Assembly: GCF_009914755.1 (NCBI RefSeq)
Contig: NC_060927.1
Length of the DNA: 64,000 nt
Source: the human T2T-CHM13v2.0 reference genome, Homo sapiens
Reading direction: 5' to 3' (one strand)
Shown here: positions 1 through 49,830 of the stretch, one piece after another
Layout of the letters: each line of letters begins with the position of its first letter
How positions within the stretch are numbered: position 1 is the stretch's first letter
Notes under the pieces: model-generated
What the model was told of the DNA's origin: nothing
Database searches by the model: none
The model's input: the letters and a program-made list of their open reading frames with translations, nothing else
Program-made: the position numbers and the translations under genes

Positions 1-734
1 CCAAAGTGCTGGGATTACGGCGTGAGCCACCATGCCCAGCCTAAGTTCAGCCTTTCATGCTTGTCTTGAGTTGTCCAATACTGGAAAATGCCAGCTCACA
101 CTGATGAGAAGCTCCTACTCTTTGGGGCTACCTATGAGCCCACTTTGAAATCCCGAGGTTGAAAGTCCTGAACATGAAAGATAAGCTGTCTGGCAAGTTA
201 GGATGGGCATTGATGGAGAAATGCCTTACAGCTTGAGTAGTACTTTTTCACCTAACCACTTAAACGGTTATTATAAAATGGGACACTGAGAAATTAGAAG
301 AGTGACTTAATCCCACCTGCTCAATTGAAGCTCCTCTGATAGGTGAATTTAATTAGGAAATTGTTACTTATGGTATCAATTACATGGTCAGCTCAAGCCT
401 CAAATTCAGCTGACTTTAGTTTCAAAATCAACTGCAATTTTGTTTTTTAAGGAGCCTGGGGTCTTGCTATTGTGCTCCAGCCTGGCCTTGAACTCCTGGT
501 CTCAAGGGATGCTTCCACCCCAGCTTGCTGAGTATCTGGGACTGCAGGCACGTGTCACTGTGCCCAGCTGTTTTTTTTTTTCTTCTTTGGTAGAAAAAGT
601 GCCATTAGCTGTAATCCTACATTAAAGAGAATACTTTGACAATAGATTCGTCTCTTCCTTTAGCCCCCTCCAACCTTCCAGATAAAACCCCACCCCAAAG
701 AACACAGGCAAAGAAGATACATCAGCCTCAATAA

Positions 735-740
735 TTTATT
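735..740 (-). terminator. CIDEC polyadenylation signal AATAAA
   Basis: tttatt on the + strand, ~400 nt past the stop codon. Confidence 0.8.
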
Positions 741-1141
741 GCAAACTCCCTAATATCACATGCTAGTGCGCTTGCGAATTCACTCAGGAATGTTCCGGGA
801 TGGGGGCCAGAAGGTAGAGAGCACCATGAAAGTACAGCCTGCGAGGCCGGATTGCTAAGGGGCAGACTTCATGCCAATGGAGGGACAGACTTCAGGACCA
901 GTCTGGATGGGCTAAGCTGCCTTGGGCAGGAAGGAGCTGGATCAGGCCAGGAGCTTGAGGTTCTCCTTTGGCCAACCCACCCCAGGTTTCCAGCTCCTCC
1001 TCCTCACTCAGGGTCCTGCGCGGTGAGGGAGGTGTGGGGAGGTTCGCGGCTCTACAGCTGCCAGGCTTGTGGGCACTACCAGTTAAGCGTGAGGCCCCCA
1101 GTCAGTCCTTCACTGGGGAAAGCTTCCAAGGACTTGGGCTT

Positions 1142-12486
<11,345 letters not shown>

Positions 12487-12778
12487 CCTTGTCAGCTGGA
12501 CTGCGTTGGACCTGGGAAGGAGGCAGAAACAATTCATCAGGGTGAGATGAGAGGGTTCCCATCTCTCTCATTGTTAGGCAAGGTGCAACCCAACCCCTGT
12601 TCAGCAACCTTCCTCCCTATTCTTCTATCCCAACTCACACATACCTCCCCCAGCCCTTCTCCTGTCCGGCCCCATGCATGCCAACCAAGACCAAGCTGGA
12701 GACCCCACCCCTCTCCCCACCGGGTGCTCAGGCTCAGCCTCACTCAGCAGCTGCTGCTCCTGCCCCAGTCCCACTCAC

Positions 12779-12792
12779 TCCATGTTTCTCAT
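12779..12792 (-). CDS. CIDEC: Alternative first coding exon of CIDEC (N-terminally extended FSP27beta/CIDEC2-type isoform, MRNME/SNAVQLTR-MEYA..., 248/251 aa)
   Basis: The minus strand reads ATG AGA AAC ATG GA|gtgagt. Spliced to the acceptor at 12511 it is in frame with ATG 12486 and adds 13 aa (10 aa from the second ATG). A TGAGTCA (AP-1) site lies at 12901-12907 upstream. Confidence 0.8.
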
Positions 12793-13039
12793 CCCCTGGC
12801 TCTGGTCACACTGAGCAGATAACCCAACTCAGGGCTGAAGAAGCCTTGCCCGATTTGTTCCTGTCCATGGGGACAGAGTCCACTTTACGCTGGCAGGAGG
12901 TGAGTCACACCACCTCACACTTCTGGGGACCGTTCCCTCACCTCTAGTCCAGAGACCTCACAGGCAGGCAGCCCAGTCAAAGCCTCCTCTCTCCCATGGG
13001 TCCTTGAGCAATCCGAGCCCCTTCCTGAGGCTTCACAGT

Positions 13040-13575
13040 GGCCAAAAGAACATTCTGTGATGATAGAGGCATGCCTTGTACATACTCTCCAATACCATTG
13101 CTACTAGCCCCATGTGGCTATTGAGTATTTGAAACATAACTAGTGTGATTCAGGAGCTGAATTTTTTTTTTTTTTTTTTTTTTGAGTTTCGCTCTTGTCA
13201 CCCAGGCTGGAGTGCAATGGGGCGATCTTGCTCACTACAACCTCCGCCTCCTGGGTTCAAGCAATTATCCTGCCTCAGCCTCCCCCGTAGCTGGGATTAC
13301 AGGCACCTGCCACCACGCCCAGCTAATTTTTAGTTTAGTTTCGTTTTGTTTGGATTTTTAGTAGAGACTGGGTTTCACCATGTTGGCTAGGCTGGTCTTG
13401 AACTCCTGACCTCAGGTGATCTCCCTGTCTTGGCCTCCCAAAGTGCGGGGATTACAGGCGTGAGCCACTGCACCTGGCACAGGAGCTGTATTTTTTACTT
13501 TATTGAATTTTAACTAATTTAAATTTAAATAGCCACATTGCCATGTGGCTGTTGGCACCCATATTAGATCACAGG
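13040..13575. mobile_element. MER3-like element interrupted by a minus-strand Alu (13162-13478, TSD caggagctg)
   Basis: agaacattctgtgatgat...ctactagccccatgtggctattgag...aatttaaatagccac motifs. Confidence 0.65.
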
Positions 13576-14165
13576 TCTAAGCAGATAGCCCTGGGCTCAT
13601 CTGTCACCACTTTTTCTCCTAAACCTCTGTGCTCCAACTCTTGAAGGGCCCAACCCTTTGCACAGATAGTTCCCTCCACCTGTAGTGCCCTTCTCTGATC
13701 CAGGACGAAATTTTTGCAGCCTTGAAGCCTCAGTTTCATTGCTTTCCACTCTTTAAAAGGAAAGTCTTCTTAGACCACTCCCAAAATTATTACACCTTCA
13801 TCCTGCTCTTCCTAGCCAAGGGTGCCTCTGGGTCTGTTTCTGCTGTAGCCCCTCAGTCCCTGGATGCCTGGCCCTGAGGTCCTCTTCCTATTCGAAGCTC
13901 CCGGCACAGGTAGGGCTTCGCAGAGCAAGGGGCACAAGGTGTGGACATAAAACAAAAGTCCCCTTGCCAGCTGGGGACAATCACTCTTTGCTTTTAACAA
14001 TTTGGGGGACTTTCCAGACCAGGCCCCACAGAGGCAGAAAGCCCCTTTCCCACTTAGCACTGCAGAAGCTCTAGTCCTAGCTACGTGGGAGGCTGAGGCA
14101 GGAGGATTCTGCTTGCCTCAGCCTCACCCACTTCGTATCCCTAGCAAAACTCTGCCAAGAGCTAC

Positions 14166-14260
14166 CTAACCTGCTCTCCAGGAGCAAAGAAAAAAAAATC
14201 CCCAAACCCAAAACAATAACAAACTCCTTACCTCCCCCTCACAGCCTCCTGGAAATACTG
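14166..14260 (-). other. CIDEC: CIDEC non-coding first exon region with alternative donors (exon ends 14232 GAG|gtaagg and 14171/14166)
   Basis: Consensus 5' splice sites on the minus strand and a TATA-like AAATAAAT at ~14286-14293. The TSS position is inferred. Confidence 0.6.
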
Positions 14261-14455
14261 CCCTGTCCCGCCCAGCCCTCCCTTCATTTATTTCCAGCCC
14301 CCATGAAGCTCCTCCCCAGCCTTCAGCCCCAGCTGGGGAAAAGAGCTTGGGGTGAGAGCTGCAAGCCAGCCTGACTTCCAGAAAAGGCCTAAAAGGAGGG
14401 GAGAAGGCATGTTTCGAAAGCTTTGGCAAAATGGATGGCCCATGACATGAGATCA

Positions 14456-14468
14456 AGCACAGAGGGCA
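14456..14468. promoter_or_regulatory. DR1-type PPAR/RXR response element (AGCACA G AGGGCA) ~200 bp upstream of the inferred CIDEC TSS
   Basis: The imperfect DR1 is seen in the sequence. CIDEC/Fsp27 is an established PPARgamma target with a proximal PPRE at about this distance. Confidence 0.6.
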
Positions 14469-14636
14469 CAGAAAGCAGGCAGATGTGGGTTGTGGTCCCA
14501 ACTCCACCCCATATCAGCTTGCTTGAGCTTAGACAGATCACTTGACTTCTGTGAGCCCGTTTCTCTTCTCTGTGTAATGACGATAATGATTCTTGTTTTA
14601 TAGGGTAGTGGTGAGGATTAGTGACAATAAAAGTAA

Positions 14637-15430
<794 letters not shown>

Positions 15431-15589
15431 TCAATGGATCGAAGTGATTATTAGTATTACTGATAATTTTTTATTTTTATTTTATTATTTTTAATTTTTT
15501 TGTCTTTTTCTCAATTTGATAATGTACATATTAAATCATAGCAGAGAGTAAGACAAGCTGAAATGTGGAGTGGTTAAGAGTGTAAGATC

Positions 15590-17700
<2,111 letters not shown>

Positions 17701-17734
17701 TTAAAAAAACATTTAACCTCATCTTTCTTTTAAC

Positions 17735-17925
17735 ACAGGGTTTTTCACACTTTGGTACATCAGAATCAGCTGGCGGGTTTGTTAAAATTCAGATTGCTAG
17801 GCCCCACCCCAGAATTTCTCACTTAGTAAGTCTGGGGTGGTGCCTAGGAATTTGCGTTACTAAAGGTTCCCAGATGATTCAGAAGCCATGGCTGCTCAGG
17901 GAGCCCACTTTGAGAACCAGTGGTC
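17735..17925. mobile_element. MER5A-like hAT MITE
   Basis: catcagaatca.ctgg...cagattgct.ggccccaccccaga...cactttgagaacc motifs. Confidence 0.7.
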
Positions 17926-18885
17926 TAGCGCTAGCTGTGTGAGCTAAATTTTCTAAGCTTCAGTTTGATCCAACAACTGGGGATAAAAATAGCTCTACTG
18001 CATCTGGTTTCCATGCAGATTAAAAGAGATAATCGTGAAATGTACTTGCTACAGAGTCTAGTGCATCCTTAGAGCTCAATAAATGGAAATTATTATTATT
18101 TAGATCTAAATCCTTCCCTGGAGGGGCTCTCAGGCAACCATTCATTCATTCATTCAGGAAATATTTATTAAGCACTTACTATATGCCAGTCCTTCTGGGG
18201 CTAAGAATACAACAGGAAACAAGACAGCCTTGTCCCACACTTCAAGGAGCTGACATTCCTGAGGAAGGTGGGAACTCAGACCATGAATAAATATGCAAAT
18301 AAACAAAATAATTTCAGATAATGATGTTCTGGGAAGAAAACAAAACGAGGTGATATAATAACAGCTGGAGAGTTAGATTGGCCTATGCGTTCAAGAAACG
18401 CCTCCAAGGAGGTGAGCTTTGAGGTAAATCCTGACTAAATCCTGGGGGATGATCAAGACAAAGGAAACATCATTGCAAAGGATTTGAGAAGGGAGCATGA
18501 AGAGAGAGTGAGGAGACAGGAACACATATAACTTAAACTTAAGGACAGACCAAGAGCCAGGAGAAAGGTACAAGCAAAACCCTTTAGGGAAGAGGTTCTG
18601 GAGAAAGAGTCGGGGCCCCTCCCTTCAACAGTCATGGCTCAAATATTTATTGCTCTACTGTGTACTTGATGTCCTGAGATAGATAGGCCAATAGATGACT
18701 CAGGAGAGGTCTGGCCCTGACAGAAAACCAGACACAGAAAGACGAAGATAACCACGAGCTACAGCCAGAGAGCACTGTCCAGGGATGAAGGATAAACCCG
18801 GGGATTCTTCACAGCAATTAGGAGAGGGAGACGGTTTTGGCTCCATTGGAATTTATCTATTCAACCAGCATTTCTTTCTTTTTAA

Positions 18886-19038
<153 letters not shown>

Positions 19039-19387
19039 TGAGCTGCTGGGGACATGGATGACTTAGTTCTTGTCCCTGCCTTTGGGGAATTCACATTCCA
19101 GTGAGAAAGGCAATGTCTGAGCATGGTTCTCAAACTCTGTAGTACATGAAAATCATCTGGGACACCTCGGATTGGAAAAGGACTGTGGCTACAACTCAAA
19201 ATTGAGAAGCCACTAAATTTAAAAATATATTCTGCATGTTAAATTTATAACACCATGAACAAAAAGTAAAAAGACATCAAATAAACAGGGAAAATACTGT
19301 ATATTCGAACTAATATCACAGACAAGAAGCTAGTCTTTCTCTTTCTCTCTCATTCTTTCCTCCCTACTCTATCTACATATAAATTAA

Positions 19388-20672
<1,285 letters not shown>

Positions 20673-20742
20673 AAATATCATTCTGAGAGTCTGTAGTTTC
20701 CCCAGGCTGCCAAGGAAATTCATGGCACAAAAACAGCTATGA

Positions 20743-22960
<2,218 letters not shown>

Positions 22961-23499
22961 CACCTAGACCTATCTTTTAAAAATGCAAAACTGTGTCATT
23001 TTCCTGGTTAAACCTTTTAGTGGTTCCCCAAACCCCCTGGGATAAAGACTTAACTCTTTACTGAACCCTCCAAATGCTCCAGTCACTCTTAAGTTTCTCA
23101 GTTCTTTGAAGAGCCAAGTGCTCTCTGGATTTGGGGCCTTCACACATGCTGTTCCCTCTGCCTGAAAAGCTCTTCCGCTCCCCACCTCTTTAGCCAATTC
23201 CCACTCAGGCTTCAGACCTCAGCTCAATTGCTGCCACTCCAGAGAGACTTTCCTAACCCTCCAGGTCAGGGAGAGAGGCCTCATTTTTCCTCCCTCAGCC
23301 TCCTGTGTTTTCTTGAATTTCTTAGCTTCATGGGTACAAGTTCTTCCCCCGACTGGGCTGGGATCCCTCAGGGGAAATGGACCATGTTTATTTCTGCGTC
23401 CCCAGGTCATAGCAGAGCATCCTGGTGCATGGAAGATGCTCACTATACATGCTTTTTTCTTTCTTTTTTTCTTTATTCGGATAATATAACTTCTTTCTT

Positions 23500-24060
23500 T
23501 AAAGTTTCGCTTAGTATTTTGTTGTGGTAAAATGCACATAACATAAAACTTACTATGTTAATCATTTTTAAGTGTACAGTTTCCGTGGCATTAAGCACAC
23601 ACATATAGTTGTGCAATCAGTACCACCATCCATCTCCAGAACTTTTTTCATCTTCCCGAACTGAAGCTCTGTACCCATTAAACACTAGCTCCCCATTCTC
23701 TGTCCACCCCTCGAGCTTCTGGCAATGGTCATTCTACTTTGTCTCTACAGATAAAGTTTATTTGGAAATAATTTTTCTTTCATGGCCTTGACATTTTTGA
23801 AGAGTACAGTCCAGCTCTCTTCTAGACTGTCCCTCCGTCTGGATTTATGTCATTTCTTCATGATTAGATTCAGTTAGGTATTTTTGGCAGAAACATCATA
23901 GAAGTGATGCTGTGTCCTCAGTCTATTAAAAGAGGCACAAGATATCAGTTTATCTCATTATTGATCAAATTAACTGACTATATGTTTAAGGGAGACAAGC
24001 CAGATTTCCTCACTGAGAGATTCCCTGTTTCTCTTTGCAATAATTAAATGTGAGAAACTT
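23500..24060 (-). mobile_element. Old L1 fragments
   Basis: cataacataaaact.tac...aagtgtacagt...ccatctccagaactttttcatc motifs. Confidence 0.65.
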
Positions 24061-24061
24061 A

Positions 24062-24346
<285 letters not shown>

Positions 24347-24727
24347 TGATGTGTGCTCCAGGGAAAGTCATAGAATATATCAGTTTCCCCCTCTGTAAAG
24401 TGTGGACAGAAGTATCCTAACTGATATTACAGTTTAAGAAAGTAAAAGTGTTCAAGCGGCCTCTGGGCGCCAGCAAAAGAGGCTGGGGATTAATTTCCTG
24501 CGCGCTCCACAAGAGGCGGGGCTGGGCGGGGCGGGGGCGAGAGGGAACGAGGGCGCCTGCGCGGAGAGGAGTGACCATAGAGTCGGTCCTCCAGAGACAG
24601 AGGGGCCGGAAGTTCTCTTCACGGAGCCGCGCGGCTGCGGGGGCGCAAATAGGGTCACTGGGCCGCTTGGCGGTGTCGTTGCGGTACCAGGTCCGCGTGA
24701 GGGGTTCGGGGGTTCTGGGCAGGCACA

Positions 24728-27391
<2,664 letters not shown>

Positions 27392-27735
27392 AGCCTCTTT
27401 GGGGTGAAGCCTGGACATCCCATCGAATGAAAGGACACTAGTACAGCGGTTCCAAAATCCCTTCTGGTGATTTTAGCAGCTGTGATGTTGGTACCTGGTG
27501 CAGACCAGGCCAAAGTTCTGGAAAGCTCCTTTTGCCATCTGCTGAGGTGGCAAAACTATAATTTATTCCTGGTTGGCTAGAACTGGGTGACCGACAGCTA
27601 TGAAACAAATTTCAGCTGTTTGAAGTTGAACTTTGAGGTTTTTCTTTAAGAATGAGCTTCGTCCTTGCCTCTACTCGGTCATTCTCCCCATTTCCATCCA
27701 TTACCCCTTAGCCATTGAGACTAAAGGAAATAGGG

Positions 27736-27848
27736 AATAAATCAAATTACTTCATCTCTAGGTCACGGGTCAGGAAACATTTGGGCAGCTGCTCCCTTGG
27801 CAGCTGTGGTCTCCTCTGCAAAGCATTTTAATTAAAAACCTCAATAAA
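27736..27848 (+). terminator. JAGN1 polyadenylation signals (AATAAA 27736-27741, ATTAAA 27831-27836, AATAAA 27843-27848)
   Basis: Hexamers followed by a GT-rich tract at ~27866-27910. Confidence 0.75.
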
Positions 27849-28524
27849 GATGGCCCTGCCCACACTGTGCCTTGTGTTTGGGGCTTGATAGAGTGTGAAA
27901 GGTGTGTTGCTTGAAAGGTGTGGCCTTAGACACTAGGAGATGATGGGTAGAAGCTCCTTGAGAAACCTAGCAGTGGCCATAGAGAAGTAGACTGGGTATG
28001 GGGAACCTAAGTCATAGTTGTAACCTACAGCTGATTGGTAAGAACTATGGGCCAGACATTTAATCTCTCCATCTATGAAATAGTCCATTCTCATTTATCT
28101 AGCTTAGGTTATGGGCTCTTCTTTTAGTTGGATATTCACATTTATCTTTCAGTGTTAACTGGGTATCAGTTATGAGTCTACTACTGTATAATGGCATCCA
28201 AAAGAATTTTAAAGTACCTCGGTTTATAGGGATTTACAATTCAGTAGAAACTTGTTATTCATGTGAAACAGTGAACATAATATCTAATGATGTGGAGCAA
28301 GTACATTAAAAACAGGAAGGAAGAGATCTGTGATTAAACTAAAGGCCCTTTCACACCTAAAATTCTGGCAGTATTTATTGCATGAAAGATAATGTGTCTC
28401 TTTGCACTTGATTTTATTGTCTCTGGATGATGCCCAGATCTGTAACTGCAGAGCTCTGCCCTCTCCAGAGATGTAGTCATTATTTTGTTCTAGAAACATT
28501 GTGTATGTAGTTAGTCATTACTGA

Positions 28525-30034
<1,510 letters not shown>

Positions 30035-30543
30035 TAAACTAAAGTCGGGGTGTATTTCACAGAGGATAGAACCAAACTGAAGTAGAGAGAAAATTTGGAG
30101 AGCAGTAGTAGATGGAAATGTATGGATAATGGAGTTAGTATGTGCACCAGACACAGATTGCTCGTTTTTAAAGAATTGGGATGCAAATAGTTTGAAATTT
30201 CTTTGGTTATTGGAATGGCACTTTATGGACTTAGAGTACTATCAAAGACCCATTATGAAAATTATTGTCAACAATGTAAACAAACCAAAACCATTTGGTT
30301 TATGTTAGTTTTCTGCTTGTTAGGTTGTCGGAATTTTGCTTTTGTGGACCTTTCCTATCACCTTTTCCTGCCTCATGGTTGTAGTGTTCCAGAAGCAAAC
30401 AAGATTCCCTTGTTGAATCTTGATTTAGTAGAAAGAACATTATTTGAATCAGAAGATATGTTCAAGTACCAATGCACCTACCAGTCATAGGACTAAAATC
30501 AACCCTCCCTATTTCACAGATTGTTCTAAAGATCAAATAATGT

Positions 30544-31072
<529 letters not shown>

Positions 31073-31216
31073 TTATGAACTATGTATCATTATATAAATA
31101 TGAAAGATGGTTATTTCCTGATCTTTACAGGAGGAGAGAATGTAGGAGTTGAAGGGACTATTAGAGATAATCCAGGCCATGAGAAAGGCAATGTGGTATA
31201 ATGGAATGAACAGTGT

Positions 31217-31247
<31 letters not shown>

Positions 31248-32468
31248 GAGACTCACTCTGTCGCCTAGGCTGCAGTGCAGTGGTGCAATCTCAGCTCACT
31301 GCAACCTTTGCTCACACCCGGTTAATTTTTGTATTTTTGTAGAGACAGGGTTTCACCATGTTGGCCAGGTCTCGAACTCCTGACCTCAAGTGATCTACCC
31401 ACCTCGGCCTCCCAAAGTGCTAGGATTACAGGCATGAGCCACCATGCCCAGCCAACAGTTTCTTACATTAGACAGACATAGGTGGGAATTCCAGCCAGGC
31501 ATTTTACTAACTTTTGCCTTGTGCAAGATACCTGAGCCTCTGTTCTTGATCTGACACATGGGCATCATTTTAGCTACCCCCAGGATTGTTGGGAGGCTTA
31601 GATAATATGTATGGACAGGCTACATAGTAGGGGTTTAATAAGTAACAGAATGCCTTCCCTTGTTGAGCAGTGTTGGCTTCCTCGCTGAGATTGGGAGTCT
31701 CTACCTCTCAGCAATAATTTCTTGCCTCAGAATTCTGGAGGTTGATCCTTCTGGAAGAGCAGATGTAAAGAAGGGATACTCGCCCACTGTTGGTGTACAT
31801 TGATCTAATTGGTGGGCCTTCCTGCCCAGGGTTCCCTATCAGTGAGCAGAGTTGCCCCAGTAGACGTTAGGAATTGGCCATTACAGGAAGAACCTGGAGC
31901 TACTGTTCCATGGTCTGACCAGAGTTCATGCACAGATAAGGCGGTGACAAGAAAAATGGCTGCCCAAGGTCCCTACAGTGCACTCTAAACTAAGCATGTG
32001 CAGGGGCCTGCCAGGACTTCCTGAGCTCCTGGCTTTGTTCCCAAGTAAAGGCTATTAATCATTAATCATGAAGTCTTGGTCAGCTCATTTTGACACAAAC
32101 CACAGATGAGACAGGCCTTAGCCACCTGCCAAGAAGACAGGGCCTCTGTGCTGAAGCCCTACAACACACCTTTGTTGCTTTACTCCAATTGGCCACCTCC
32201 TATTCCAGCCACAGTTACTCCTCCCTTGTTGACACTTGCCAAACAATCCCAACTCTCCTACAAGTCTAACCACTGGTAACATTATTATAAGATCTACTTT
32301 CCTTTCTTTCCAACACTTTCATTTCTTTCTTTACATTGTTAACCCTGCCAATTGTATCACACTGCTAAGTTTAGTAACTTCTGTGAACTACAGGGTCCAG
32401 AAACCCTCTGATCTCCCCAAGTAGTGTGTTCTGGCAGAAAAGGCCAGGAAGACATAGCGGTGAGTCTC

Positions 32469-33076
32469 CAGAGGAGAAAAGCGAGGCTCAGAGAGGAAAA
32501 ATTGGCAGGGAGGGGAACCCAGGTCTTCTGGCCCATCCTCTTAGGACACCATCTCCTAGGCCTCATATTTCTGAAGTTCTCACAGTGCTGCGGTGTTTAG
32601 CGCTCTGATCTATTGGCAAGCGGACTGGTAGACTTGGCAGCCCTTTTCCCCCTCTGACTCCAGGGAGAGTACCTGCATGCCTTCTGGGGGCTTCCCCCAG
32701 CTCAGGTGTGAAGTGTGATTGTGTGTGTGTGCATGTGTGTGTATGAGACAGAGAAAGGGGATGTGTGTGCACAAGGTGCATGTCAGCAGCACTCACAGGC
32801 TTCCTGCCAGCTCTGGAAGGGACATTTTTTGCCCCTCACAGTGTCCTCTTGCAGGTAGGATGCCTGGAGAGACGGGAGCAGGTGGGGAGGGTCAGAGGAA
32901 TGGCTTTTCCAATCTCACTCAGACCTAAAACTCATTCTGGCTTTACTTTACTGTGACGCAAGCTGCCTGAGCTGGCCAGGCACCAAATAGGAGGGGGCAA
33001 TGTGGGGTGAGGGCAAGGGTGGGGAGGAACTCAGAGCGTAAGCGTAGGAGAGAGATCAGCAAGTGAGGGGCTGACT
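32469..33076 (-). repeat. Inverted duplication of IL17RE intron7-exon8-intron8 (43029-43657)
   Basis: Reverse-complement alignment by eye: the core 32787-32983 vs 43121-43317 has 4 mismatches in 197 bp, and the flanks are more diverged with indels. Confidence 0.93.
32797..32863 (-). pseudogene. Orphan copy of IL17RE exon 8 (67 nt, ASYLQEDTVRGKKCPFQSWQEA) with intact ag/gtgagt splice sites
   Basis: 3 nt differences from 43241-43307. The polypyrimidine tract and both splice sites are retained. Confidence 0.88.
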
Positions 33077-33439
33077 TCAGCTCTTAGGTGTGTGTGCTTG
33101 GACTTTACCTAATCTTCCTGAGTGTTTTGCAGTCTGTAAAATGGGGTAATAAGACTGTGATCTCAAGGGTTGTAGTACAAATAAAATAAACTGGGCAAAA
33201 TGCATGACTCAGAGCCTGATAGTAGGATTTCAGCAAATGTTGATCCCATCCCTCCCCTTCCTTAGGTTGTGCCAGAATTCACCCCTGTGCTTCTTACCTT
33301 AAATACTTTTTGGAACAGTCTCTACAATAAATAAGTAAACCAGCAAGACAATAAATAAAATGCACACGTCCTTTTCTTTTTCCCCCTTTCTTCCTCACCT
33401 TTATTCCTTTTACTTTTCCAGCGGGTCCTGGAATGCTGT

Positions 33440-33685
33440 TTTTCTTCCCTTTCTTCCCTCTTTCCCTCTCTTCTCTCCTCCCATCCTCCTTCCCTCCCTT
33501 CCTCTCTTCCTCCGTCCCTTCCTCCCTCCCTTCCTCCCTCCCTCCCTTCTTTCCTCCCTTCCTCCTTCCCTCCCTGCTGCCTTCTCTCCCTCCCTCCTTT
33601 CTTCCCTCCCTCCCTTCTTTCCTTCCTTCTTTTTCCCTTCCTCTCTTCCTTCTTATCTCCATTTCTTTTCTGCTTCTCCTCCCAT
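33440..33685. repeat. Polypyrimidine (CCTT/CCCT)n low-complexity tract
   Basis: Nearly pure C/T for ~240 bp. Confidence 0.95.
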
Positions 33686-33769
33686 ACCTTAACCAGAAGC
33701 AATTAACCAATATTTTCTCTGTGAGAGATCAGAAGATAAGGGTAAAGAAGAAGGATTGTTTTGGAATAG

Positions 33770-36099
<2,330 letters not shown>

Positions 36100-36954
36100 T
36101 CAAATGCTCCATGAAGGGGAGGAAGCTGTGGGATGATGGGGAGGGTTCCCACAAAGATGGAGCCTCGTCAGCCTTTCTCCAGCACCGGAAACCACAGGAA
36201 ACCAGGTCAGTGTGTGGGGCCCGCTCCCTCTGCTCCAGGGCTCAGCTGTGAGCTCTGGGGCTTCCTGAGCAGGGCGTACTGACTAGTGGGTCCTTGAAGC
36301 TAGAGGCCCCTTTGGTATGGAGCCCTTTGCCTAGAAGAGCTGGACCTGGCTCATGGGTAGAGAGAACTCGGCTATAGTCCTGAGAGTTAACCAGTTGGGA
36401 AGCCAGGGTACATATGGGCTTCATGTGCATCCTAGAGTGCTTTTTTTCTTCCCCACTCTAAATGGTGCCTCAGTCACCTCTGTATCTCCAGCACCCAGTG
36501 CTGAATAGTGCTTAAGAGCTCGGCTAATTCTCTAAGTGAGGGGGTGAAGCGCATGTCTATGGGAGACACAAGTTCCAGAGTGTGCTGATGGGTGGATCAG
36601 ATCTGCAGTGTGTTTCAGGAGTAGGAGGGGCTAAGAAATGGGTGCGTCCCCCAACCTGATGCTAGCCCCTTTCCTGTTACTTCTCACCCACAGCAGGAGC
36701 CCCTTGTCTTTCAGGTGGGGGGCAGTAGGGTTTTTGGGGGCACAAGCTTTCCTCAGTCCCTCCACTTGGAGGGGAAGGAATGTGGCCTGGCTGGCTGGTT
36801 GGGATCAAGGAGGAGCTTTCGGGCAGGGCGGGGCCAGGGCAGGCTGGGGCGAGGGCTCCTGCTGGTACTGTGTTCGCTGCTGCACAGCAAGGCCCTGCCA
36901 CCCACCTTCAGGCCATGCAGCCATGTTCCGGGAGCCCTAATTGCACAGAAGCCC

Positions 36955-49830
<12,876 letters not shown>

